A stretch of 64,000 nucleotides of DNA from an uncultured Sphingobacteriales bacterium (GTDB lineage: Bacteria; Bacteroidota; Bacteroidia; CAILMK01; CAYYUA01), in assembly GCA_964595485.1 (NCBI GenBank), contig CAZQQN010000007.1, positions 23,182 through 87,181 of the forward strand. Reading direction: 5' to 3'. The number at the start of each line of letters is the position of its first letter. Position 1 is the first letter of the stretch. This document shows, one piece after another, positions 20,054 through 28,939 of this stretch. The position numbers and the translations under genes were made by a program. The notes under the pieces are model-generated. The model was not told the origin of the DNA. It made no database searches and was given only the letters and a program-made list of their open reading frames with translations.

Positions 20054-20265
20054 GCAAAGCATCAGTGTCCACCGTTTGGTGGGCTTAAAAGGGAATCCGG
20101 TGGAAATCCGGAGCAGTCCCCGCTGCTGTGAGCCTAATGGAGTGTTAGAACATTTCATTGTCTTATTCAAAGATGGTAGTGCTCCTTCATTGCCACTGTC
20201 TACCAAGCGGTAGATGGGAAGGCCGGCGCTTCCGGGCAAGCCAGAAGACCTGCTGCTGCTTTTGC
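20054..20265 (+). ncRNA. Cobalamin (B12) riboswitch
   Basis: Conserved elements AAAAGGGAATCCGGTGGAAATCCGGAGCAGTCCCCGCTGCTGTG, GCCACTG...GGGAAGG and B12 box AAGCCAGAAGACCTGC; lies upstream of btuB/btuG-like genes. Confidence 0.95.
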
Positions 20266-20394
20266 CGTGTATAACCAGGCTTCCGGGGTAGAAGCTTGGG
20301 AATAGATACCTACTCGTGTATTTATTCCTTAACCTTCCCGTTTAGCCTGTTCAAATTTGAATTATTGTTTAACAAAAAAATGCAGTAGTTATCT

Positions 20395-22524
20395 ATGTGT
20401 TATTTGAACAGGATTTTAATCCTAATTTTTAGTATTAGTTTGGTTGGGCAGGCGGCTGCCCAGGATTTAAAATTAAAACAAACCCTTGTTTTGAGCGGAG
20501 GTACCTTTGAACAATCACCGCCATACCAGGATCGTGCTTCAGTAGCTTTTTACAAACCCGATAACCAAAGCTATGAATTTGCCGACTCGATTTATGTAGA
20601 ATCTGTACAAGATGCTGTCATTAAGGGTGATAATGCTTATTTAGCAGCTGAAGATTCCCTGATCAAATATGATCTTCAGAATTACAAAAGGGATGAAATC
20701 CAAACTTTTGAGAAATCAACGTTTTTAAGTATCAACGGTAATAAACTCCTTGCAGGGAACCGGCAAGGATTTGCCCCTGATCCGGAGCTACCATTCGTCA
20801 ATGGCTGGACCATTCCTGGCTTAGACTCAACCTTAACGGCTCCTACCGATTCTTTGTACGAAGGCCTTGGCGATGCGCTGATTCACAATGACAAGCTTTA
20901 CATTTCGCATAACATCGGTAAAGTGAATGCTTTTTCTGATTCATTGGGATTCCTGGCTGTCTATGACCTCCAGAATGAAAAATTTGAAAAAAATCATCGC
21001 TTGTACGACACGGGTGCGGGTATAGGTGAATTGTTTTATCACAATGGCAATATTTTAGGCATTTGCGGTAGAAATGGCCAAATAATGTCCTTGGATATTC
21101 AGAGTGAACAAATTACCTACAACAACTACTCCCTTTCGGGAACTATTGGTGTTTTTGACGATAAATTGTATGGTTATAACTTCAGCAATGAAATTATCGC
21201 TTACGATATTACTACCGAGCAAACCCAGAATACAGGGATTCAATTCTCAAGCAGCCAAAATAACTCGGTTAATGCCTTCAACTATGATACATTGAATGAC
21301 CAATTTTACATTGCACAAACCAATTTTTTTGATACGGGTTTTCTACAGATCTACAATGCAGACGGGTCGCTTGACACAGCTTTTCCTACAAACGTTTCTC
21401 CGAATAGCATTGCTTTTGATTATTTCATTGATGAAAGGCCTAAAGCCCAAAACGATTACGACACTTTAAAAGGAAAAGAAAGTAAACAGATTTCAGTACT
21501 TGACAATGATACCGATCCAGAGGGAGAATCGCTTAGCTTGACTTCCATTGTTAAAAGTGCTAACAATGGAGTGGATAGCATTGCCGGTAATGCGGTTTAT
21601 TACCAAGCCATCAATACCAATTATGAAGATACTATTGCTTACGAAGTATGCGATCCGGGGAATCAGTGTGACACTGGTTATCTTTATATTCAAGTTGATG
21701 CTAATCAAGCCCCGGTTGCCCGAGCGGATTACGACACTTTAAAAGGAAAAGAAAGTAAACAGATTTCAGTACTTGACAATGATACCGATCCAGAGGGAGA
21801 ATCGCTTAGCTTGACTTCCATTGTTAAAAGTGCTAACAATGGAGTGGATAGCATTGCCGGTAATGCGGTTTATTACCAAGCCATCAATACCAATTATGAA
21901 GATACTATTGCTTACGAAGTATGCGATCCGGGGAATCAGTGTGACACTGGTTATCTTTATATTCAAGTTGAGGCTAATCAAGCGCCGGTTGCCCGAGCGG
22001 ATTATGACACCCTAATGGTTAATGAAAGTAAGAGTATAGCTGTTCTGGGCAATGATTCAGATCCGGACAATGATTCTCTAAGTCTTACTGCTATTATTGA
22101 TAGCGCTTCTAAAGCTAAAGATAGTATTGCAGGGGATGAAATTCATGTAAGTGCTACTGCCACCGGTGAAGACTCTATTACTTATGAAGTTTGTGACGGT
22201 AATGAAGCTTGCGATACCGGAAAAGTTTATCTTTTCATAAGCGCTACCATAGGTATGCAAGATGAAGTAAACAAATCTGCCATTCATGTTTATCCAAACC
22301 CAGCTAATCAAACCATTAATCTGAATGTTACGGAAAATGTAGATAGCCGGTTTGATGTGACCATCTTTAGCAGCAATGGTCAGACTCTCATCAATGAGAA
22401 TAACCAGGTTTTTCATAGAGGTAATAAGCGTGATTGGAATATAGAGGACTGGGAAACTGGTGTTTACTTCATTCGTTTGCAGAATGATGATCAAACCATT
22501 ACCAAAAAGTTTATTAAAGAGTAA
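20395..22524 (+). CDS. T9SS type A cargo: BtuG/YncE-like beta-propeller, three Ig/cadherin-like (Big_9-like) repeats, CTD
   Basis: Signal peptide; N-terminal half resembles the lipoprotein at 26444; three P.A..D...I.VL.ND.DP.G repeats; CTD VYPNPA...GVYFIRL...TKKFIKE. Confidence 0.85.
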   Translation: MCYLNRILILIFSISLVGQAAAQDLKLKQTLVLSGGTFEQSPPYQDRASVAFYKPDNQSYEFADSIYVESVQDAVIKGDNAYLAAEDSLIKYDLQNYKRDEIQTFEKSTFLSINGNKLLAGNRQGFAPDPELPFVNGWTIPGLDSTLTAPTDSLYEGLGDALIHNDKLYISHNIGKVNAFSDSLGFLAVYDLQNEKFEKNHRLYDTGAGIGELFYHNGNILGICGRNGQIMSLDIQSEQITYNNYSLSGTIGVFDDKLYGYNFSNEIIAYDITTEQTQNTGIQFSSSQNNSVNAFNYDTLNDQFYIAQTNFFDTGFLQIYNADGSLDTAFPTNVSPNSIAFDYFIDERPKAQNDYDTLKGKESKQISVLDNDTDPEGESLSLTSIVKSANNGVDSIAGNAVYYQAINTNYEDTIAYEVCDPGNQCDTGYLYIQVDANQAPVARADYDTLKGKESKQISVLDNDTDPEGESLSLTSIVKSANNGVDSIAGNAVYYQAINTNYEDTIAYEVCDPGNQCDTGYLYIQVEANQAPVARADYDTLMVNESKSIAVLGNDSDPDNDSLSLTAIIDSASKAKDSIAGDEIHVSATATGEDSITYEVCDGNEACDTGKVYLFISATIGMQDEVNKSAIHVYPNPANQTINLNVTENVDSRFDVTIFSSNGQTLINENNQVFHRGNKRDWNIEDWETGVYFIRLQNDDQTITKKFIKE
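21454..21999 (+). repeat. Tandem 273-bp duplication (2 copies, 91 aa each)
   Basis: 21454-21726 and 21727-21999 are identical by eye except GAT/GAG and GCC/GCG near their ends; a third, diverged copy follows. Confidence 0.95.
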
Positions 22525-22535
22525 GAAGTGATAAA

Positions 22536-22574
22536 AAACTTCGGCGCAGGTTTAATATGCTTGCGCCGGGGTTT
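22536..22574 (+). terminator. Intercistronic hairpin (weak terminator or mRNA stabiliser)
   Basis: AAACTTCGGCGCAGG...CTTGCGCCGGGGTTT with only a short U tail. Confidence 0.5.
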
Positions 22575-22588
22575 AAGAATACTTTACT

Positions 22589-24103
22589 ATGTTTAGATGG
22601 CTTATTTACCTATTCACTATTGGCATAAGCCTTTCAGTTTTTAAGCCTGCCAAGGCTAACAATCTACAATTGGAAGACCTGCAGTTAGTGGATAGCCAAA
22701 CGGTGAAATTTAATGTAAAGTGGAATAATAGCTGGAACCTTGAAGGTCTCAAACCTCCTTATAACCATGATGCAGCGTGGGTTTTTCTAAAATTCACTTC
22801 TGATGGAAAAGAATGGAAACACTTAGATATTGATCCAGGTAATTCGGCTCATTCTGTAAAGGCTCAGGATAGCCTTTTTTTAACACTTCAGCCAACTAAT
22901 GACCAGAAAGGGGTTTTAATAAAAAGCCTCTTACAGGGAAGTGGTGATATACCTGTCACCACCACTAAATTAAAGCTTGCCAACCCTATTCTATCTGAAC
23001 AATATGCCATAAGGGTATTTGGCACCGAAATGGTACATGTGCCAGAGGACAGTTTTTACCTGGGAGATGAAGCAAGCAACTTCCGGTTCAAAAAGGCTAA
23101 GACCGGTAAGCCTTATCATATTAGTGGTGAAGGTGGAATTCAAACAGGGGATCAAACCGGTCAATTAACCGCTGATAGTCAATATAAACCGGGGGCCAAT
23201 ATTCCCGGATCTTACCCGAACGGCTATAACGGCAAGTATGTGATGAAATATGAGGTATCCCAAGAGCAATATGTGGATTTCCTGAATACGCTTTCTCCTG
23301 ACCAGCAAGCTCAGCATATTGATAAAAATCCCAGTAGTTCGGCCGGTACATTTGCCTTCAATAGTGGGCCCGCTGGCCGGAACGGTATCGTTATAAAAGA
23401 ACCAGTAGAAGGTGGTTACCCTGCTAAATTTGCTTGCAATGTTCAGCAGGACGGTACTTATGATGACAAAGATGATGGTCAAACCCGGGCATGCAACTAC
23501 TTAAAATGGTCTGATCTGGCAGCTTACCTGGATTGGGCGGGACTTAGCCCTATGACCGAGCTAACATTTGAAAAGGTGTGCAGGGGACCTGAGCAGCCCG
23601 TTAAAAAAGAATTTGCCTGGGGCACAAAAAAAGTAACAGATGCCAATACCATTGAAAAAGATGGCACAATTTACGAAAAGGCGGTTGATAAACTGCCATC
23701 CAACCATGGTATAGCAAGCCACGGTTATAGAGGTCCAAAAGGTCCGCTAAGAAATGGTTTTGCTACTAACGATACAAGTACACGCCTTTCCGGTGGAGCG
23801 TCTTATTATGGTGCCCTTGAGTTGAGTGGCAACCTATGGGAAATTTGCGTAGTGGTGAATGAAAAGGGATTGGATTTTGACGGTAGCCATGGTGATGGTA
23901 AACTGAGTGAGAGCGGCTTTGCCAATGAAAAAAGTTGGCCGGATAAAGCAGGAAAAGGCGCCGGTTTTCGAGGAGGTGGCTGGAATAGTGGTATTATCCC
24001 GGGATTTCGTGACTTAGCGGTCTCTGATCGATTTTATGTTTTTGATAAACCCAGTAGCCGGCGAAATACGTCTGGCGGTCGCGGGGTAAGAAGGATTGAA
24101 TGA
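22589..24103 (+). CDS. Secreted FGE-sulfatase/SUMF1-like (C-type lectin fold) protein
   Basis: Signal peptide; EMVHVPEDSFYLG, MKYEVSQEQY..FLN, ELSGNLWE and FRGGGW...GGRGVR motifs; N-terminal HDAAWVF domain. Confidence 0.8.
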   Translation: MFRWLIYLFTIGISLSVFKPAKANNLQLEDLQLVDSQTVKFNVKWNNSWNLEGLKPPYNHDAAWVFLKFTSDGKEWKHLDIDPGNSAHSVKAQDSLFLTLQPTNDQKGVLIKSLLQGSGDIPVTTTKLKLANPILSEQYAIRVFGTEMVHVPEDSFYLGDEASNFRFKKAKTGKPYHISGEGGIQTGDQTGQLTADSQYKPGANIPGSYPNGYNGKYVMKYEVSQEQYVDFLNTLSPDQQAQHIDKNPSSSAGTFAFNSGPAGRNGIVIKEPVEGGYPAKFACNVQQDGTYDDKDDGQTRACNYLKWSDLAAYLDWAGLSPMTELTFEKVCRGPEQPVKKEFAWGTKKVTDANTIEKDGTIYEKAVDKLPSNHGIASHGYRGPKGPLRNGFATNDTSTRLSGGASYYGALELSGNLWEICVVVNEKGLDFDGSHGDGKLSESGFANEKSWPDKAGKGAGFRGGGWNSGIIPGFRDLAVSDRFYVFDKPSSRRNTSGGRGVRRIE

Positions 24104-24528
24104 AATGGAGATTAATCATGAATCATCATCTTTATAAAATTTTTTTACTATTTATTGCCTTTTTCTTAGCTGGCGGGATTGCCAGTGCCCAGTCTGCTTA
24201 TTTCGGTGGAAAGGGTGACGGCCATGCTATGGCTGAGGTGAGCAAATTAGAAGAAGTTTCATCGCTAAAAACGAAGAATAACAATTCAATAGCTATCATT
24301 CCCAACCCGGTTAAAAAGGGTGATCGTCTGAGCATTTCTGGTTTATCAGCCGATTACCATTACACCTTCGAACTGCTTAGTATTGACGGAAGGCCGGTGA
24401 AGAAAGGTCATCTTTCCAATGATATAACCACTATTGGATTGGCTAATGTTCAACCCGGTATTTGGTTGCTCAAAATAAGTAGCGGCCGCATCCAACATTA
24501 TGAAAAAATAGTGGTAACAGGTAAATAG
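24100..24528 (+). CDS. Small T9SS type A CTD protein (signal peptide, YFGGKGDG peptide, CTD)
   Basis: ATGA overlap with the upstream stop (alternative start 24118); IIPNPV...SIDGRPV...PGIWLLKI...KIVV. Confidence 0.75.
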   Translation: MKWRLIMNHHLYKIFLLFIAFFLAGGIASAQSAYFGGKGDGHAMAEVSKLEEVSSLKTKNNNSIAIIPNPVKKGDRLSISGLSADYHYTFELLSIDGRPVKKGHLSNDITTIGLANVQPGIWLLKISSGRIQHYEKIVVTGK

Positions 24529-24531
24529 CCC

Positions 24532-26457
24532 ATGAAAGGTATATTAACCATAACACTCATTTTTACCGGCATGGGCCTTTTATCTGCTAATCAATCCCGA
24601 GCTCAGCTACCGGATACTTTGGAGCTCAATATTTTTGAATACCAAGAATACCAAGCCAATCCTTTACCAGGGGTAAAGATCTCCCGGATTGATTCGCAGG
24701 CAATTGATGAGCAGAGCCACCAAAATCTCGGGCATTTACTAACAACCCAAACACCTGTCTTTGTTAAATCATACGGATTAAGTGGGCTATCAACGCCATC
24801 CTTTCGTGGTACAGGTGCTTCCCACACACAAGTAGCTTGGAATGGCATTCCTGTTAATTCACCAATGAATGGCCTGTCTGATTTGAACTTATACCCGGTA
24901 GCTTTAATGGAGGGCTTATCACTGACTCATGGAGGTGGAGGTATGGCAAGTAGGCCGGGCGGCTTGGGTGGTCGGATTAATCTGAAGAACCGTACCAAAT
25001 GGTCAAAGGGTATCAATGCTGGTTTAAGGCAAACTTTAGGAAGCTTTGGTAACCAGCAGACTTTTGGTGAGTTGGGTATTGGTAACGAAAAATGGCAAAG
25101 CCAATCAAAGGTTTATTATCGTTTAGCGGATAATGATTACCCATATACTAATTTAGCAAAAGCCGATGAGCCAAGGGAAAAGGAGGATAATGCTGCTTTT
25201 AGTCAATACGGGGTCATGCAGGATTTGTATTTTAAGCCTTCTCAAAAGGATTATTTAAGTGCTAACGTTTGGTTTCAGGTAACTGATCGCGAACTTCCGA
25301 CTCCAGTCAATGTTTCAGAGCGAAATCAGGAGCAATTTGATCAGCATTTAAGGTCAGTCGCAAAATGGCGCCATTATTGGCAGGATGGAGGTTTGAAGTT
25401 AAAAAGTGGTTTTTTACAGCAGGATCTTCAATTCCGGGATCCTTCGGTCGATATTGTATCAAACCATCAATCGTGGAGTTCTCTGAATGAGATTAGCATC
25501 AGGCAAAAAATAGGAACGGTTGGCTTATTGAATTCCGGCATTACCTACGATCATCACTGGGCTGAATCGGATGGGTATGCCAATATCAAGAATCAATCTC
25601 AAATATCCTGGTATGGCCGCTATCAGCACCATTTTTCGGATGCTCTTGAGGCTTTTGGCCGTATACAGCAAGAATGGATCAATGGCGGGCGAGCCCCTAT
25701 TCTACCCACAATGGGTATCACATTCAAACCCCTGCTTAAAAACCGTTTAGCCCTTCATGCCAAAATCAATCGCAATTACAAAGTACCTTCTCTGAATGAC
25801 CTTTACTGGGAAAATGGCGGTAATCCAGATTTAAAGCCTGAATCTGGTTGGAACCAGGAAATCGGTACATCTTACCATTTGGAACCCGGCAGCGCTTTAC
25901 TCAATCAATTGAGAATTGAGGGTACGGTTTATCGGGGTTTGTATGATAACTGGATTTTATGGGTGCCAAATAAAACAGGCAACTGGGAAGCGGAAAATAT
26001 TCAGCGTGTATTGACCAGAGGGATCGAAACAAATATTGAAAGCAAGTGGGATTTAGGGAGCTTTGGGTTTTCTCTGGATGGGCAATACAGCTATACGCAG
26101 TCTAAGAACCTGAAAGGAACCCAAAACCTTGATGCCTCCAAGGGTAAACAGCTAATTTATGTTCCTTTTCACCAAGCTAATGTGAATACTACCCTGCATT
26201 GGAATGGTTATCGCCTATCCTACCAGTATGAATACACTGGTAAAAGATACGTAAGCCGCGACCACGGGAAATCACTGACAAGTTATATGCTATCTCATGC
26301 AGGGGTCAGCAAAGGCTTTAAAGTTGGAAGGTTTGGTATCGATTGTCAGATGAGGATTGAGAATTTACTGGATACCTATTATGAATCGATGGCCTGGCGC
26401 CCGATGCCTGGTCGGTCATTTCACCTGAAAATAAACTTGACGTATGGCAGTAAATAA
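24532..26457 (+). CDS. btuB: TonB-dependent receptor, cobalamin transporter BtuB-like
   Basis: Plug motif KSYG..GLST.SFRGTGASHT...WNG; PSLNDLYW..GGNPDLKPE; ENLLD..Y....RPMPGR; B12 riboswitch upstream. Confidence 0.88.
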   Translation: MKGILTITLIFTGMGLLSANQSRAQLPDTLELNIFEYQEYQANPLPGVKISRIDSQAIDEQSHQNLGHLLTTQTPVFVKSYGLSGLSTPSFRGTGASHTQVAWNGIPVNSPMNGLSDLNLYPVALMEGLSLTHGGGGMASRPGGLGGRINLKNRTKWSKGINAGLRQTLGSFGNQQTFGELGIGNEKWQSQSKVYYRLADNDYPYTNLAKADEPREKEDNAAFSQYGVMQDLYFKPSQKDYLSANVWFQVTDRELPTPVNVSERNQEQFDQHLRSVAKWRHYWQDGGLKLKSGFLQQDLQFRDPSVDIVSNHQSWSSLNEISIRQKIGTVGLLNSGITYDHHWAESDGYANIKNQSQISWYGRYQHHFSDALEAFGRIQQEWINGGRAPILPTMGITFKPLLKNRLALHAKINRNYKVPSLNDLYWENGGNPDLKPESGWNQEIGTSYHLEPGSALLNQLRIEGTVYRGLYDNWILWVPNKTGNWEAENIQRVLTRGIETNIESKWDLGSFGFSLDGQYSYTQSKNLKGTQNLDASKGKQLIYVPFHQANVNTTLHWNGYRLSYQYEYTGKRYVSRDHGKSLTSYMLSHAGVSKGFKVGRFGIDCQMRIENLLDTYYESMAWRPMPGRSFHLKINLTYGSK

Positions 26458-27571
26458 AGACCACAAATTTTTCGGGGCCTGCATTTTAATAACTTTTTTA
26501 TTGGTGGGCTTATCAGGTTGTGATAAAGATGATGAGAGAGGGGTTAAAACAGAAGACACCACTAATGATGGCTCATCCGATGACAATAATGATAAAGAAG
26601 AGGAATCCGTTTACAGCGGGGCAAGTTCCGTTTTTATAGCAAATGAAGGGACTTTCAATCAGGGTAATGCCTCCTTAGCTCTTTATAAGCCTGAAGATGG
26701 AACCATTACCGAGGAACACTTCCGTACAAAAAATGGCAGGCCATTGGGTGATGTCTTTCATTCCATGCTATTTCAGCAAGAACGAGCATTTTTAGTGATT
26801 AACAATTCCAGTAAAATTGAAGTGGTTGATATTGGCTCCATGTCATCGCTTGGCAGTATTCGTTCATTACCATCCCCCAGGTATATGCAGCCTTTGGGAA
26901 ATAATAAAGGCTATGTTAGCAACTTTACCCAGGGAAGTAGTTCAGAGCTATCGATCGTAGACATGAATGCGTACCAAAAAACCGGTACCATAACAACCAG
27001 TGGCTGGACTGAACAAATGGTGAAAGCCAAAAACAAGGTTTGGGTGGCTGAAGTTAATTTAGCGGGTCTTTTGGTGGTAAATCCAGAAGAAAATAAGGTG
27101 ACTGATACCATAATGCTTCAGAAACAGGTACAAGAGGTTTTGAAAGATAATCAGGGGATGATTTGGACCTTATCGAATGGCGGATTGAACGATAGCCAAA
27201 AACCTATTTTGTATAAGATAGACCCTGGTTCTAAGACAATTGCTGAGCAGTTTAATTTTCCTGCTAAAAGTGATCAGCCGGGTTCTTTAACTTTTTCACG
27301 TAACAAAGATACCTTATATTTCCTTAATGAAGGGATTTATCAAATGTCCATTGAAAGTGCAAGCCTACCTAATAAACCAATCATTGAGGAACCTGGTAAT
27401 CGAAACTTCTATGGCCTTGGTGTTGATCCATACAATGGTAGGTTTTATGTTTCGGATGCTCTTGACTATGTTCAGAAAGGCCTGGTTTTTACCTATTCAG
27501 CTCAGGATAAAATGGTTACAGATACCCTTAAGCCTGGTATTATTCCACGTAGTTTCAGGTTTCTTAAATAA
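26444..27571 (+). CDS. btuG: BtuG-like (YncE/DUF5074) beta-propeller surface lipoprotein
   Basis: Lipobox LSGC; NEGTF..GNASL, LGDV, INNSSKIEVV, SPRY, FYGLGVDP, SDALDYVQKG and GIIP motifs; overlaps btuB. Confidence 0.85.
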   Translation: MAVNKDHKFFGACILITFLLVGLSGCDKDDERGVKTEDTTNDGSSDDNNDKEEESVYSGASSVFIANEGTFNQGNASLALYKPEDGTITEEHFRTKNGRPLGDVFHSMLFQQERAFLVINNSSKIEVVDIGSMSSLGSIRSLPSPRYMQPLGNNKGYVSNFTQGSSSELSIVDMNAYQKTGTITTSGWTEQMVKAKNKVWVAEVNLAGLLVVNPEENKVTDTIMLQKQVQEVLKDNQGMIWTLSNGGLNDSQKPILYKIDPGSKTIAEQFNFPAKSDQPGSLTFSRNKDTLYFLNEGIYQMSIESASLPNKPIIEEPGNRNFYGLGVDPYNGRFYVSDALDYVQKGLVFTYSAQDKMVTDTLKPGIIPRSFRFLK

Positions 27572-27619
27572 CTCTGTACAATTTTTGTATTTTAGCAAGT
27601 AAACAAAGCCGGATAGCTC

Positions 27620-28315
27620 ATGCGTACATTGAAGATGCTTACAAGTTTAGCCTTATCCATATTAATTTCGATTGCTTGTTTTGGACAAAATGAAATCAGT
27701 GACCCGGCTAAATTAATCATCACACTCACGGACTATGAAAAAGCCCCTTTAAGCGATAAGACCCTTGTGGTAGTTAACAACGATAGTCAAAAAGAGTATA
27801 AAAGTAAAACCAATGAAGAGGGTAAGGTGACTATTAAGGTTCCGAAAGGCAATAACTACAAAGTTATTTACCGGGCCGTGAATGGTCCTGTTGAGTTTAA
27901 AAGCTTTAAAATACCGGATAAAGAAGGTTCCCTAACCTTTCAGTTTACCGCCCGCTATGAGGAAGCTGAAAACCAGGTTTACACCCTTGAAAATGTTTAT
28001 TTTGATACAGATAAGGCGACTTTGCGGGAATCCTCAAATGATGCCCTGCAAAACCTGCTTAATGCACTGAAGACCAATCCCGATATGGAAATTGAAATAG
28101 CTGGGCATACCGATAGTAAGGCAGATGCAGAATACAATAAAAAATTATCCCAGCGCCGGGCTGAAAGTGTTAAGCAGTATTTGGTGGAAAGAGGGATCAG
28201 CGAAGACCGTTTAAAGGCTAAGGGATACGGGGAATCAGAGCCTATTGCTACAAACAAGACAGAGCAAGGTCGCCAGAAAAACCGAAGGACGGAAGTTAGA
28301 ATTCTTAAAGAATAG
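27620..28315 (+). CDS. OmpA-family peptidoglycan-binding protein
   Basis: VYFDTDKA, IEIAGHTD, LSQRRAESV and GRQKNRRTE motifs. Confidence 0.9.
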   Translation: MRTLKMLTSLALSILISIACFGQNEISDPAKLIITLTDYEKAPLSDKTLVVVNNDSQKEYKSKTNEEGKVTIKVPKGNNYKVIYRAVNGPVEFKSFKIPDKEGSLTFQFTARYEEAENQVYTLENVYFDTDKATLRESSNDALQNLLNALKTNPDMEIEIAGHTDSKADAEYNKKLSQRRAESVKQYLVERGISEDRLKAKGYGESEPIATNKTEQGRQKNRRTEVRILKE

Positions 28316-28417
28316 AGTACTTATTACCGGCTTTTGCCAAGTTTTGATTGGCTACATTGTTCTACACTATGCAGACTAACCTTAATTACACTTTTCAAAT
28401 TTCCCTCAAGTAAGCCT

Positions 28418-28828
28418 TTAACGTTTACCTCTTAAAATCCTGTCAACGCTATACCGGCCTGGACCTGTTAAGGTAAAGGCCAGAAAGACCAAAGCATTGG
28501 TAAGGGGGTGATAAAAACTTTCTCCACCTGCGGCGTGTTTGGCGACAGCTACCAACATGGTAATGAGCATTAAGGTGGCCGCAACCCTGGTAAATAAACC
28601 GGCAATTAATAGAATTCCACCCAGAAATTCTGATATAGAGGCCATGAAGCCAAAAAATTTGGGAAGAAATGAAATTCCGACATAAGTGGTAGCCTGGCCT
28701 AGCTCAGCCCATGCTTGAGGGCCTCCTGTTACTTTGCCGTATCCGTGAATAATGAATAGTATACCAATACCAATTCTTAAAGCTAGTAATCCGGCGTGCC
28801 CTTGAGTGCCAATACTTTTTTTACTCAT
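28418..28828 (-). CDS. DoxX family membrane protein
   Basis: LALRIGIG....HGYGK, EFLGG....GLFTR and GPGRYSVD motifs. Confidence 0.9.
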   Translation of the reverse strand: MSKKSIGTQGHAGLLALRIGIGILFIIHGYGKVTGGPQAWAELGQATTYVGISFLPKFFGFMASISEFLGGILLIAGLFTRVAATLMLITMLVAVAKHAAGGESFYHPLTNALVFLAFTLTGPGRYSVDRILRGKR

Positions 28829-28939
28829 AAATTTTCAGGTTATTGTTTTTGATAATGATTATTAAGGTACAATTATAAAATGCTTTATTCGATCCCAATC
28901 CTTACCCAAATAGCCATTCTTATACGTATAAAAATGAGG

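Noticed and set aside
20000-20239. 79-aa minus-strand ORF
   Set aside because: Antisense to the cobalamin riboswitch; no protein features.
21454-21999. Repeat as CRISPR array or IS
   Set aside because: In-frame 273-bp coding duplication with no spacers, cas genes, terminal inverted repeats or transposase.
22589-24103. FGE/CLec protein as a diversity-generating retroelement target
   Set aside because: No reverse transcriptase in the window, and I found no template-repeat copy of the 3' region.
27620-28315. OmpA protein as part of the B12 operon
   Set aside because: Only 48 nt downstream, but preceded by its own TATTTTAG -7-like element and with no B12-related feature; membership is not supported.
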